From: Octopus sinensis
Taxonomy: Eukaryota
DNA length: 64,000 bases
Direction: 5' to 3'
Assembly: GCF_006345805.1 (NCBI RefSeq)
Contig: NC_042998.1
Span: 18,166,001 to 18,230,000 of the forward strand
Every line of letters begins with the position of its first letter. Within the stretch, counting starts at the first letter, position 1. The notes below the pieces were generated by a model. It did not search any database. It saw only the letters and a list, made by a program, of their open reading frames with translations, and was not told the origin of the DNA. Below are positions 1 through 12,190 of the stretch, piece after piece. A program made the translations under genes and the position numbers.

Positions 1-178
1 TGTATTTCAAATGACCAGCCTTGTCACACACTGTGTCACACTGAATCTCCCCAAGAATTAGGTTAAGGGTACGTGTGTCTGTGGAGTGCTCAACCACTTG
101 CACGTTAATTTCACGAGCAGGCTGTTCCGTTGATCGGATCAAGTGGAACACTAGTCGTCGTAACCGACGGAGTACCAA
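1..178 (+). mobile_element. 3' part of tRNA-derived SINE family A (cut by window edge)
   Basis: Matches the 3' half of the full copies at 2349-2706 and 7779-8164 (..ttaagggtac..ctgtggagtgctc..cacgttaatttcacgagcaggctgttcc..gacggagt). Confidence 0.85.
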
Positions 179-1035
179 TCATAGCAATATAATCTTAGTA
201 TTAATTATGTTGAAAAAAAATACTAAAAGTATATTTGCCTTTGTTAAAGAAGCAATGATATATTTATTGCTAGTAAAACGCCGCCAGAGCGTACAGAAGT
301 CGAAAACGTACGATTTAAAGAAGACAGCGATGATATGAAATATTGCAAGCAGCTTTTAATAGAATATGAATTCAATATAACAAAAAATGATGAATAAATT
401 AGGAATGTTAACTGCAAAAAAGGAAATGAAACACGCTGTAAAAAGGAAAAGTGAATCCGCCTACCGAAAAAGATTCAACACAAAAGGCTGTCTGCAATTA
501 AACAGGCTTAACACAAAATATTACTTTTAAAATAGCAGAAAAAAAAACACTCTTAATGATAGTAAACGCGTAAGAAAAAAAAAAGCAATGAAAAATGTTT
601 GAATGGCTTATGTCACGCACAAATAACAAATGAAGTTAAGAGATTCGAACGTGCAATGTTTGCCAAGTAGAAATTCAAATGAGAGGGTACTTGTGTTTGT
701 GCATGCGTATAAACGGTAGTCCAGTCATGAAAACTTAACTCTTGTCTGGACAGTATAAAAGATGTTACTCTATATTATTGTGCATGCATTGCTGCATGTC
801 CATAATAAACACAGTTTTCAAAATTATATCGAGGATATTACAGATATTTTAAAATACTTTGGTACGTACGTTTCAAAGAGGGAATGCATCCATTAGGCCA
901 ACCTGCCTCACATAAAACACTGCAAAATATGAAGAAATTGAGGGTAAAATTTCGATATATATGTTGTAGGAGCAATAAGTCGGTCGCTAAGATAAGAATA
1001 TAGATATTATACAGAGGAACAGAAAGAAAGTCAAA

Positions 1036-1070
<35 letters not shown>

Positions 1071-1134
1071 AGAGAGGTACACAAAAATGACCCCTTTCTT
1101 TCATTCCTCCTGCCTTTCCGCTGGTAAATATCAT

Positions 1135-1437
1135 ACTTATTCTATCGGGCTCTTTTGTCGAAACGCTAGGTTGCGGGGACATAAACACACCAGCATCAGT
1201 GGTCAGGTGACGATGAATGGGAACCAACACAGTCACACATACACGCATAAATATATGCATATACATACATATATATATATATATATACGACGACGAGCTT
1301 TACTTTCCGTTTCCGTCTACCAAATGCACTCACAAGACTTTGGTCGGCTCGCGGCTGTTGTAGGAGGCACTTGCCCAATTTGCCACACAGTATGACTGAA
1401 CCCGAAACCATATGGTTGGGAAGAAAGCTTGTTACTC
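1135..1437 (-). mobile_element. SINE family B (tRNA-like head, internal TA/TG microsatellite), diverged copy
   Basis: Reverse complement of the family seen at 11783-12190 (ccaaag..tgtgagtg..gtagacggaaac; gatgctggtgtgttta). Confidence 0.75.
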
Positions 1438-2348
1438 TATATGTGCATTTATGTGTGTCTTCGAGTTTCGGTTTGCCAACACTACTACTTGACGGCCGGA
1501 TATGTCCCCGCAACTTTGCGGTCTGGCATAAAAACCTTTAACTTCAGTTCCGATATTAACAGAAAATAAGTACTGAGAGTTGTTAGACTAAGCCTTCCGA
1601 CGAAAAGGTCCACCATAATCTTGATCCAACGACTAAAACAAAAGATAGACATCGATGTAATTTATCTTTCAATAGGAATATACAGTTTCACTTATAGAAT
1701 TATAAAATAATTCATCTTCAGAGATCTTTCATTGTATATTGACTTTTGTCACGCTGCTTTTGTAACAAATTGAATTTCTTTTTTAATTGGTGGTTGTTTA
1801 GAAATACGGTTTGCATAAATTCTGTACGGTTTGTTGATACTGAATAAGAGAGTATCATGTTGGTAGATACATAGGCTTACAACTTTATCAGGATAGACAT
1901 TATTTCTGGTTGCTTTTGTATCTTGGTAAACTAGAATTTCCCTGTATCAAAGCAAATCAGATTGGAGGCACGAAGTAAGATCTGTATTTGGCTAAGCTTA
2001 AGATTATGCTGTTAAATGTGATAATTTCAATTCCATTTGAACATTTTAATACAATCCAAATTTTTGCTTCAGGGTATGTCACTATGTGAATATGTAACTA
2101 TGTGGTGTAAAATTACTATGATATTATTTCTAAAACAGCTGTATCTTGGGTATAAATGATCCAAATATATGAAGACTGTTGGGGTGTGTTGATGTTCTGG
2201 AATATGACTATCTAATCGTTTTAAAGCCTTCCCTCAAAACTGATGGACTGGTGCCTAAAATAGAAACTCCTATTAATTGGTAATATTGTTTATCTGTATG
2301 ATAAGGACGGCATGCTTATGTATTTAGTAAACTAATACTTGTTCTAGT

Positions 2349-2706
2349 GTGGAGGCGCAATGGCCCAGTGGTTAGGGCAATGGACTCGCAGTCATAGGAT
2401 CGCGGTTTCGATTCCCAAACCGGGCGTTGTGAGTGTTTATTGAGCGAAAACACCTAATGCCCCACGAATGGTGGTGAAACCTGCTGTAGTCTTTCACCAC
2501 AGCTTTCTCACACTCTTACTTCCTGTCTCTGTTGTGCCTGTAATTCAAAGGGCCAGCATGTCACGCTGAATATCCCCGACAACTACGTTAAGGGTACACG
2601 CGTCTGTGGAGTGCTCACCCACTTGCACGTTAATTTCACGAGCAGGCTGTTCCATTGATGGGATCAGCTGGAACCCTCACCGTCGTAAGCGACGGAGTGC
2701 CAACAA
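2349..2706 (+). mobile_element. tRNA-derived SINE family A, full length with TSD
   Basis: Head GTGGAGGCGCAATGGCCCAGTGGTTAGGG with Pol III A box (TGGCCCAGTGG) and B box (GTTTCGATTCC); 12-bp TSD ACTTGTTCTAGT at 2337-2348 and 2707-2718. Confidence 0.92.
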
Positions 2707-4099
2707 ACTTGTTCTAGTTCGTGTGTAAATTAAGTCCTATGTAGCCGCTCGGCTATTGTATTTGCCATAATTGCATCCGTAATTATGTATAAAAAAAAAG
2801 AAAGTATTCAGGCACATTCAATGATATGCAAAATTGCATCACTGAAACAGATTCCGTTTGTATCACTTGTGAAAGAATGATACACTCATACGCCTACTTT
2901 AGATATTCATCTGATTGACAGAGGTATGATATGAAGTTACCTAATGTTGTGCTTAGAAAATAGAGGTGTAACTTCACTTAAATGTAATTTAATTTCCCTC
3001 TGTTATTAAAATCCACTTCAAAAGGATGACAAACAAAATGCATGTCAATAAGTTATTCAGTGTTGTGCAAAGAACATTTGAAATTTTTGCACCTAAAAGT
3101 TGCTTTGTTTGATGAAATTAGAGCCATTTTAGTTTTTGAGTGTATTATCTAATCGTTTTAAAACCTTCCTCGAAAGTGTTGGACTTGCGCCTAAAATAGA
3201 ATCTCTTCTTAATTGGAAATATTGTTTATCAGTATGATAAAGACGACTTATGTATTTAGTAATCTAAATTAGATATAGTTTGCAATAGACGGTGCGTAAA
3301 TGGGAGTGAGTCAGGATTCAGGTAGCCGGGTTGCACCATCTGGAAGCGTCTACAGCCTTCTCTACAAACCACATAATAAATCTTTTCTAAAGTAATAGTT
3401 TCAAATTCTTTCTGTAATTGCTTTTCTTTACTCGGAGAAAACGCCAATTATTTGTTTTTGTAATCGCCCGATACACAATACTACTTCTTTTACTTATAAA
3501 TGATGCAGTATTTAAATATCTCGCACACCGCCATTCAGTCGTCTTTACTTTCATCAGTGTTCAGAACTCTCTCTTTTCATCTAGCCACTCCATTCCTGTC
3601 TCTTTTATTTCCTCTTTTCCTCGTTTTTCTCTGCTTAGCGTACTGATAGACAATATTTCTAACTTATAATGTAATTATTTGTATGTTATTTTTCTTCTTA
3701 GATTATCGATTATTTTTAAACCACATTATACCATTTATCTGAAGTCATTATTTGTCTAATGTTATGCCGACACGAAATTGAAGCCACTTTTATTTTTAGT
3801 ACTAGTTTTTTTTATACTTGTTCCAGTCCTCAAGTAAACTGTATTATTTTTAATACCTGTACATATCAGTCTCTCTCTGACTTATTCAACTGACTGCATT
3901 ACTAGTTTCATACTGGTTACAACAATTGATATAGCATTATTAATATTTCTTACTCGTCCAATTGTACTTAGAACTTTCACTTGAACTTCGCAAACATTAT
4001 AGACTGTTCGTTATTTAAGCTAGCTGCAAAGTCATCTAATATTTGTTCATCATTTGATGCTATAGCATTTTTCAATTAATTATTTTATTCTTCCCTTTA

Positions 4100-4325
4100 C
4101 TCTCTTGTATCAGTCATGTGACTGCGGTCATGCTGGAGCACCGCCTTTCGTTGAGGGAATCGATACCAGGACTTATTCTTTGTAAGCCTAGTAATTATTT
4201 TATCGGTCTTTTGCACCGAACCGCTAAGTTACGGGAACGTAAACGCACCAACATCGGTTGTCAAGCGATGGTGGGAAGACAAACAAAGACACACAAATAT
4301 ATACATATACATACATACACACACA

Positions 4326-4395
<70 letters not shown>

Positions 4396-4522
4396 GACGG
4401 GCTTCTTCCAGCTTCCTCTACCAAATTCACTCACAAGGCTTAGGTCGGACCAGGGCTATAGTAAAAGACTGTTGCCCAAGTTTCCACTCAGTGGGACTGA
4501 ACCCGGAACCATGTAGTTGGGA
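4100..4522 (-). mobile_element. SINE family B
   Basis: Reverse complement of the 11783-12190 family, including the internal (CA)n(TA)n tract and the catgctggagcaccgccttt end. Confidence 0.85.
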
Positions 4523-5759
4523 TACATTTAAGAATGTACTCATATGCGCACACCCATGTACAGACATAGATAGACAAGCAAATTGCTCCAAAGTTTCATA
4601 CAGTATTTGATAGCATACAATTTGAGCAATGCATTTTCAGAAAGAGTGAGGAAGGAAAGTCGCTTACGGGAGACCACATATGAATTACAGGACATATTTT
4701 GAGACATTTTTTGGATAAAAGTGTATCTTATTTGCTAACAAATATGGTTCGTTAAATGCATAGGCCTCCTTATTCTCCCCTTTTTTTCCAGATCGTTGTT
4801 AGATGTTAATTGTCAGAAAACTCTTATTCTAAGTGCCACGTTGCAGTATCTACTTGGACTCTTTGTAATTATACCTGATCACGTATCTGTTGTATATTCT
4901 TTCAAATGTGTTCCTAATATTTATAACTGTACAACCGGCAGTTTCGATTCTCTGCATACTGTCATATTTCTTTTATACACAACATTAAACTATGTATATT
5001 GCAAAAATCATGCGCTCTATGAAATAACATTTTGAGTAAATGTTCTCTATTACTGCGCAAAATCTTTCTTGTATTTGTTTGTCGATAAATTAAGCTTTTC
5101 TCAGTGGCAACAAAGGATAGTTTTCTTGTGATTTCATTAAAGCGCCATAATGACTATATGTTATACTGACACATTACAAAAATAAAATAAAATTATGTTT
5201 CTCTTATAAGTTAAACGTGATAAACTTCTACAAGTATTTTACCAGTTATTACTCTCCCCGTTTGTTACTTCTTGTAATGAGTGGTCAAAAGATGTAAAAA
5301 CGAATGATCAATTAGTTCTTGTCTTGGTAACTACAATTTCGATATTTTTGGTCTATTATATATGTAAACGCTTAAATGTATCTGGTTAGCGCCGACCAAC
5401 CTTGTCCTGAAAAAAAATCAATGTGAAAATGAATTAAATATAACAACGAAAATGCTATAGCGGTAGTACTAAAAAAATTCTGCATATATTTGTTTTAATT
5501 ATACAATAACTATTGTTCAGTAATCTATGTTCTCGAAACACATTTTATATTGTCATGGCTGCCAGGAACTGTTGCTTCGTAGATATTTCTGGTTAGTCTG
5601 TCACGAGATATCCGTTTTGCAATAACGCTGAAACAGAATGTGAGAACGTGTAAGTGTACATATACCCAAGCACTACTACTGCTACTGCTATTACTAAACT
5701 GTTACTGCTGACACTACCACCACCACCACCACCACCACCACCACTACTACTACTACTAC

Positions 5760-5807
<48 letters not shown>

Positions 5808-5809
5808 TT

Positions 5810-5995
5810 TTTCTACTCTAGGCACAAGGCCCGAAATTTTGGGGGCCAGTCGATTAGATCGACACCATTATGCAACTGCTACTTAATTTATCGACCCCGA
5901 AAGGATGAAAGGCAAAGTCGACCTCGGCAGAATTTGAACTCAGAACGAAATACCGCTAAGCATTTCGCCTGGCGTGCTAACGATTCTGCCAACTC
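5810..5995 (-). mobile_element. SINE family C (tRNA-derived; Nin/Deu-like central domain)
   Basis: atcgaccccgaaaggatgaaaggcaaagtcgacctcggc..aatttgaactcagaacg..gtgctaacgattctgcc is shared with 28045-28366, 39085-39310 and 50615-50815; follows an (AAT)n tract. The domain name is from recall. Confidence 0.85.
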
Positions 5996-6850
5996 ATAGT
6001 GATAATAATAATAATTTACATTTTCCTGTGAGTATTTTTAAATCCCCGCCAAACAAAAAAAAACCTTAGAAAATTACATCTGCACAATTGTCTCTGGACG
6101 AACACAGAAATGATCATCTTTAACGAGTTTTAAAAACTTGAATAGTTAAAACTTCTGTGAATACCTTTCCTTTCCTTTCTCTCTGAGTATTCGAAAATGT
6201 AAACATACTTTTTATTGGAAGAACACTATAGTATTCTCTGTCTGGACAAGCAGACAATCATCTTCAGAGAATTTTATAACTTTAATGTCTACAACTTTCA
6301 TTGAAAATTTCACCCTTCGTTTCTCCCTGACTTCTCGAATATGTAAACGTACCTTTTTTTGCACCAAATTAAAAGCACGATAAAAATTTTAAAAATTAAG
6401 GAGATAAGCACCTGCCAACATATTCAAACTGCACAATTACAACAATTGTAAATCACAGCAAAATCTATAAAAAGGAAAATGTTTAAATCCCACAAAATAA
6501 TAAAATAAAAAGTTCAACAATGTGGACGTGAGTATTTATATCTTCAATGGACAACCTCACGATATTTTATACTCTACAAAAGTGGCAAAGAGGAGGAGCA
6601 GCACCATTTTAAAGAATACTCGCCTGGTTGTTTCTGGCGGGTTGCCACTGACAATGAGGTGCTAAAAATGATACCCTCTCTGTTTGATTTAAGCCCAGAT
6701 ACGGCCAAACACTGTTGGGTCGTATTTGATATGATAGCAAAATAGATAAAAACACAGGCCAAATCAAATGGAATATCAGGGCTGCAAAATACATAAGACT
6801 ATAAGACAATGCATCGCAAATACCCTACAGCAACCAGCGATCTTGATGTA

Positions 6851-7560
6851 GACCCAACAGTCTTTGGCTGTATCTGGGCGTAAAGCAAAAAGAGAGGGTT
6901 TCATTTTAACAGCTCATTGTCAGTGTCATCCCACCAGAAACAAGCTGGGGAGTATTCTTAAACATGGTGCTGCTCCTCGTTCTCCTTGCCACTTTGCGGA
7001 GCAGCCACAGAGACAATAGCCGAACTCATCTCTGAGTGATCTACGTTAGACTCAAATTAATATACTAATCACCATGATAGACTTGGCCACTGTTTTTACT
7101 GGATCCTACAGTATGTCTGGAATCCATACGAGAGCTGGTGGGAATATATGCCTACAAATTGTTAGAAAGCAAAGATATCACCGTTCTTTGGGATTGCACT
7201 ATTGAAATTGAAAGAACTATTCAGGAAAATAAACCCGATATTGTGCTAAAAATGGCATTGATAAAGCATGTTTGTTCTTATAAACGTCAATCCCAGCAGA
7301 TTGCTGTGCTTCTGTAAGAACATTTGAAGAATTAACTAAATATAAGGACCTTGAATAGAGGTCTCAAGAATGTTGAATCTAAAAACAACAACACTAACCG
7401 AGATCATCGCCATTTTGTGAGACAAAATCAAATGTCGCTCTTAGACACTAAGGGCAAATACCAGGAAATTCTAAAGTTTTAGAACTACAAAAACTTCTTC
7501 TCATGTGTACCGTCCACTTCAGAAGAAAAATATTAACAACTGGAAAACGTCTCATTCTCT
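6851..7560 (+). pseudogene. Degenerate R4/Dong-type LINE C-terminal fragment (zinc knuckle + RLE endonuclease)
   Basis: Hand translation gives SGRKAKREGFILTA, TVLWDCTIEIERTIQENKPDIVLK and KYKDL, collinear with SGLKAESEGFILAA, ILWDFPVHTDRTIKANKPDIVVK and KYKDL in the LINE at 32175-34866; many stops and frameshifts. Confidence 0.75.
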
Positions 7561-7778
7561 TAAAACCCTTTCAAAGAGAAAAACTGTAAATTTATAAGAA
7601 CTTTAGATTTAAGATTTTGGTCTCCTTCTCATTCAACACACTAAAGTCTAACGCGTCCTTCTCCTACAACATACAACATTGTAATTCATAAATGATTCCT
7701 ATGCCTGCTTTTACGATTTTTTATTGACACAAAAAATCTTAAAACAAGAGCATAGTCCAAAACACTATACGATATGAG

Positions 7779-8164
7779 TGGAGGCGCAATGGCCCAGTGG
7801 TTAGGGCAGCGGACTCGCGATCATAGGATCGCGGTTTCGATTCCCAGACCGGGCGTTGTGAGTGTTTATTGAGCGAAAACACCTAAAGCTCCACGAGGCT
7901 CCGGCAGGGATGGTGGTGATCCCTGCTGTACTCTTTCACCACAACTTTCCCTCACTCTTACTTCCTGTTTCTGATGTACCTGTATTTCAAAGGGCCGGCC
8001 TTGTCACTCTCTGTGTTACGCTGAATATCCCCGAGAACTACGTTAAGGGTACACATGTCTGTGGAGTGCTCAACCACTTACACGTTAATTTCACGAGCAG
8101 GCTGTTCCGTTGATTCGGATCAGCCGGAACCCTCGTCGTCGTTACCGACGGAGTGCTTCCATCC
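7779..8164 (+). mobile_element. tRNA-derived SINE family A, full length with TSD
   Basis: A and B boxes as above; 12-bp TSD ATACGATATGAG at 7767-7778 and 8165-8176. Confidence 0.93.
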
Positions 8165-8699
8165 ATACGATATGAGCAGAAACAACCCGCATAAGAAGTC
8201 TTTCAAATTCACCTTAGATGGTTAATCCACGAAGGCAAGTAAAATTTAAACTACATTATCTCTCTCGCTTGGTCCTTTAGGATTAGCTACACAATAATCA
8301 ATGTTTGGTTGGCCGGTAGATCAAAGGAGTGATTAGAAGCATGCTAGAGGCAGCTTTGCAGTAGAGCAACATCAAACGTTAACGAATCGCTAAGTTCAAA
8401 ACCCATCATCCATTCCTTTTGGCAATTTCACTGGTTGAGGAAGATTGAAAAAAATAATTCATAAATGCTCTCATTTCTGCTGAAACAAGCTTGAACATAT
8501 GCATACTTGCAGAAAATACGTTGCCTATCCAGCGGTTTGTATACCCCATCTGAGAACAATCTGCATATTAGGTTTTGGAAGGCACTATTTCCGAAAAAAC
8601 CCACAAAGGAAGTTGAAGATTTCATCTTGTGGTTCGACTGAAAGCTGCAAGGAATTAAGCTAATATGCGTGCGTATATTAATGCAACAAGTGCTCGCCT

Positions 8700-8910
8700 G
8701 TGTTACATTGATTGACTTCGGCCATACTGGAACATCACCTTGGAGAATTTTAGTCGAACAAAGCCACCAAACCGAGTACTTATTCTTTCCGTCAATTTAA
8801 CCGAACTGCTAAGTTACGAGGATGGAAACACACCAACACCGGTTGTCAAACGCGGGGACAAACATAGGTACAAAACACACACATAGATCCACACACACAC
8901 ACACACACAT

Positions 8911-8941
<31 letters not shown>

Positions 8942-9123
8942 GATATATATACATGAGTCTGTGGGTAATGGACGGGCTTCTTTCAGTTTCCGTCAAACAA
9001 ATCTGGTCACAAAGCTTTGGTTGGCCCGTGGTTATAGTAGAAACATGCCCAAGGTACCACGCAGTGGGACTGAACCTGGAACTGTGTGGTTGGGAAGCAA
9101 GCTTTTTACTACACAACCACGCC
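8700..9123 (-). mobile_element. SINE family B
   Basis: cccaaggtaccacgcagtgggactgaacctggaac..gcaagct head on the minus strand plus internal microsatellite. Confidence 0.8.
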
Positions 9124-9172
9124 AATATATACAAATATGTGTGTGTGTGTTTACATAAATATACTTATATAT

Positions 9173-9203
<31 letters not shown>

Positions 9204-9304
9204 TCATAGCTATATACATACATATACATGCATGCATACATAAATACATACATGCATACATAAATACATACATATACATACATACCTACATACATACATA
9301 TATA

Positions 9305-9337
<33 letters not shown>

Positions 9338-9749
9338 ATGACAACCTTTTGCTATTTGCTCTAAATTATAACATATACATATATATATATATACATATAT
9401 ATATATATTTCAAAACCATTGACTGTGACATTGTTTTTCTATATATTGGAAGCTGGTTTGGGCTACTGCTGTATCTAGCAGATGAGTAATCCATTACCGA
9501 GCATGATCTAATGAGACTGAAATCACGTGATATACCGATCTCCGGACTCGGATCGTCAGAATTTTTCTTCCCGCTTGCAATATATATCGAGTGCAAAGCG
9601 CACTGAATCGTCCACTTGAAGAAACGTCCGTCCTCCTCGGGTTAAAATAAGAGTATCGTCTATTCTGAAAGAACAACCATGTAATAAGTCGAAACAAACA
9701 TTACTTATATGTGTGTTTGCGTGGGTGTATGTGTGTGTGTGTGTGTATT

Positions 9750-9780
<31 letters not shown>

Positions 9781-9933
9781 TCGTGAGTGTTTGTATGTGT
9801 GTGTGTGTGTGTGTGTGCGTATGTGCTTATTTATGGGGCCTAACATTTGTGTACATCTATTCTGCAATTAGGATAGACGTCTTCCAACGCGAAAAATAAT
9901 ATATGGCTAACCATAAATGATCATATATATATA

Positions 9934-10167
9934 TATAATTAGGGTGCAGTAAAGAAATTTACTTTACCACTCACCGAACTTTTAGAAATAGCAGCCAAAA
10001 AAATTTAGCTATTTCCTCTACCATAAGAAAAGTCTCCCAGACAATCTATACTCAAAAATAATGGGAGACTCTTCTTATAGTAGAGGAAATAGCTAAAATT
10101 TTTTGGCTGCTATTTCTAAAAGTTCGGTGTGTGGTAAAGTAAATTTTTTTACTGAACCCTAATTATA
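9934..10167. mobile_element. Fold-back MITE-like element
   Basis: About 105-bp near-perfect inverted arms (9934-10039 / 10062-10167) with a 22-bp spacer, flanked by TA. Confidence 0.75.
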
Positions 10168-10292
10168 TAACGTAGTGTTTTAAATATACCGTAAATGGTA
10201 TTTTTACATACTGAACACTACTTGGCAAAATTATTAATTAATAATTAATTAATTTTACCCTTTTATTATTGTACATATATATATATATATAT

Positions 10293-10610
10293 AAGGCCCT
10301 CTTTATTTGTTTTCCTGTCCTGTTTCTATTACTTCTTGTACTGTATTTTTTGAAATCGTATTTAATTTTTTTTTTGTATTTGTTTTTAATTGTTTTGTTT
10401 TTACGTCCTGTTTTTGTCACATTTTTTTTTCCTTGTTTTTACCCCTCTGCAAAGGAATTTTATTTAATTCTTTCGTAGGAAGGACTAGTTCAACGAGACG
10501 TGTTCTGTCCTCACCTTCGAAACACGCTGGAGTTGAACTAGGGACAGCTGATGAAGGGGATTTTTCCACTCCACTATTGCTGTTGCAGCCACTGCATCCG
10601 CAATTATAAA
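10293..10610 (+). mobile_element. PLE-type terminal-repeat fragment carrying a rearranged hammerhead motif
   Basis: Starts after (TA)n; about 10400-10567 is homologous to 40880-41027 (acccctct..taattc..tcgtaggaagg..acgtgttctgtc..ccttcgaaacacg..gacagctgatgaaggggatttttcc). PLE origin is inferred. Confidence 0.6.
10485..10560 (+). ncRNA. Candidate non-circularly permuted hammerhead ribozyme, copy 1
   Basis: CGTGT-U-CTGTCC (10499-10510), CCTTC-GAAA-CACG (10514-10526), GGACAG-CTGATGA-AGGGG (10542-10559). Stem III CGTGT/ACACG, stem I CTGTCC/GGACAG, extra helix CTAGTTCAAC/GTTGAACTAG. Manual folding only. Confidence 0.7.
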
Positions 10611-11782
10611 AAAGTAAATATTTAAGTGCATCCAGTTATTTGCATATTTCATCGATACAGAAGTCGTTTCTATTGCTTGTGAAGAGAAGGTACATCCATA
10701 CGCCTACGTTAGATATTCATCTGATATTTAAAGTTATGATATGAAGTTACCTAAAGTTGTGCTTAGAAAACAGAGGTGTAACTTCACTTAAATGTACTAT
10801 ATACTTCCTTTATTTTGAAAATCCACTTTATAATGAAGACAAACAAAATGAATGTCAAATTAATAATTCAATGTTGTGCAAAGAACATTTGAAATATTTG
10901 CACTTAAAAGTTGCTTCGTTTAATGAAATTAGAGCCAATTTGGTTTACAAGTTAATCAATACAGTTGCATTTTATCGTCTGTTCATATATTTATATCGGC
11001 GCCGAACGGTGTCCAACGTCAAACACAATAGACAAATGCCATAGATTATTGGGCTGTAAATACATCAGAACAGTATCACTTTACGACTGAAAATAATAAC
11101 ATCTACCACTACAATATGGGTCGATATACTGGCTCCTCCAAAATGACGGGCATTAAACATCCTTACAAATTCGCCAATCTTAGAAAAGAGTAAGGGATTT
11201 GCCAAGAACATTTTATCGTTATTGAAGTTCAGTGACGTATTTTTTTATCTATGTTTAAGTATATCGTTTCTTGTACACTCCAAATTTATAGTTCATATAT
11301 ATGTCTTCAAATAGTATAAGCTCACGCCAGCCTTCGCTTTTAATATACATGAGATCATATTAAAAGTACTAGTACACGACCCAGTGTAAAACGAACAGAA
11401 TAGAAAATATTGTTTCATTGACATATAGCTGGCTAAATTCTAAAATTATTTGATTAAATTCTGAAATTGAAGGTGACAAATATCGTAAATAAAATATATT
11501 GCTTAATAAAAAAAAAAATCCATATTAATATATTTATTTTATATTCATATACACAGCGCAGAAGTGGCTGTGTGCTAAGTAGCTTGTTTACCAACCACAT
11601 GGTTCCGAGTTCAGTCCCACTGCGTGGCACCTTGGGCAAGTGTCTTCTACATATAGCTGGCTAAATTCTAAAATTATTTGACTAAATTCTGAAATTGAAG
11701 GTGACAAATATCGTAAATAAAATATATTGCTTAATAAAAAAAAAATCCATATTAATATATTTATTTTATATTCATATACATA

Positions 11783-12190
11783 GCGCAGGAGTGGCTGTGT
11801 GGTAAGTAGCTTGTTTACTAACCACATGGTTCCGGGTTCAGTCCCACTGCGTGGCACCTTGGGCAAGTGTCTTCTACTATAGCCTCGGGCCGACCAAAGC
11901 CTTGTGAGTGGCTTTGGTAGACGGAAACTGAAAGAAGCCCGTCGTATATATGTATATATATATATATATATGTATGTGCGTGTATGTTTGTGTGTCTGTG
12001 TTTGTCCACCTAGCATTGCTTGACAGCCGATGCTGGTGTGTTTACGTCCTCGTCACTTAGCGGTTCGGCAAAAGAAACCGATAGAATAAGTACTGGGCTT
12101 ACAAAGAATAAGTCCCGGGGTCGAGTCGCTCGATTAAAGGCGGTGCTCCAGCATGGCCGCAGACAAAATGACTGAAACAAGTAACAAAGA
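11783..12190 (+). mobile_element. SINE family B, full length
   Basis: gcgcaggagtggctgtgtggtaagtagcttg..ggttccgggttcagtcccactgcgtggcaccttgggcaag head, internal (TA)n(TG)n, aaaggcggtgctccagcatggccgcag tail. Confidence 0.9.

Noticed and set aside
2349-2425. tRNA-like sequence (also at 7779, 23927, 51800, 61618)
   Set aside because: These are SINE heads with A/B boxes that continue into SINE bodies with TSDs; there is no complete cloverleaf, so they are not tRNA genes.
3256-3447. Minus-strand 63-aa ORF next to the duplicated 3147-3261 segment (possible last exon)
   Set aside because: No recognisable homology and ambiguous acceptor and frame.
5521-5649. AG..GTAAGT-bounded 129-nt candidate exon
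   Set aside because: Stop codons in all three frames.
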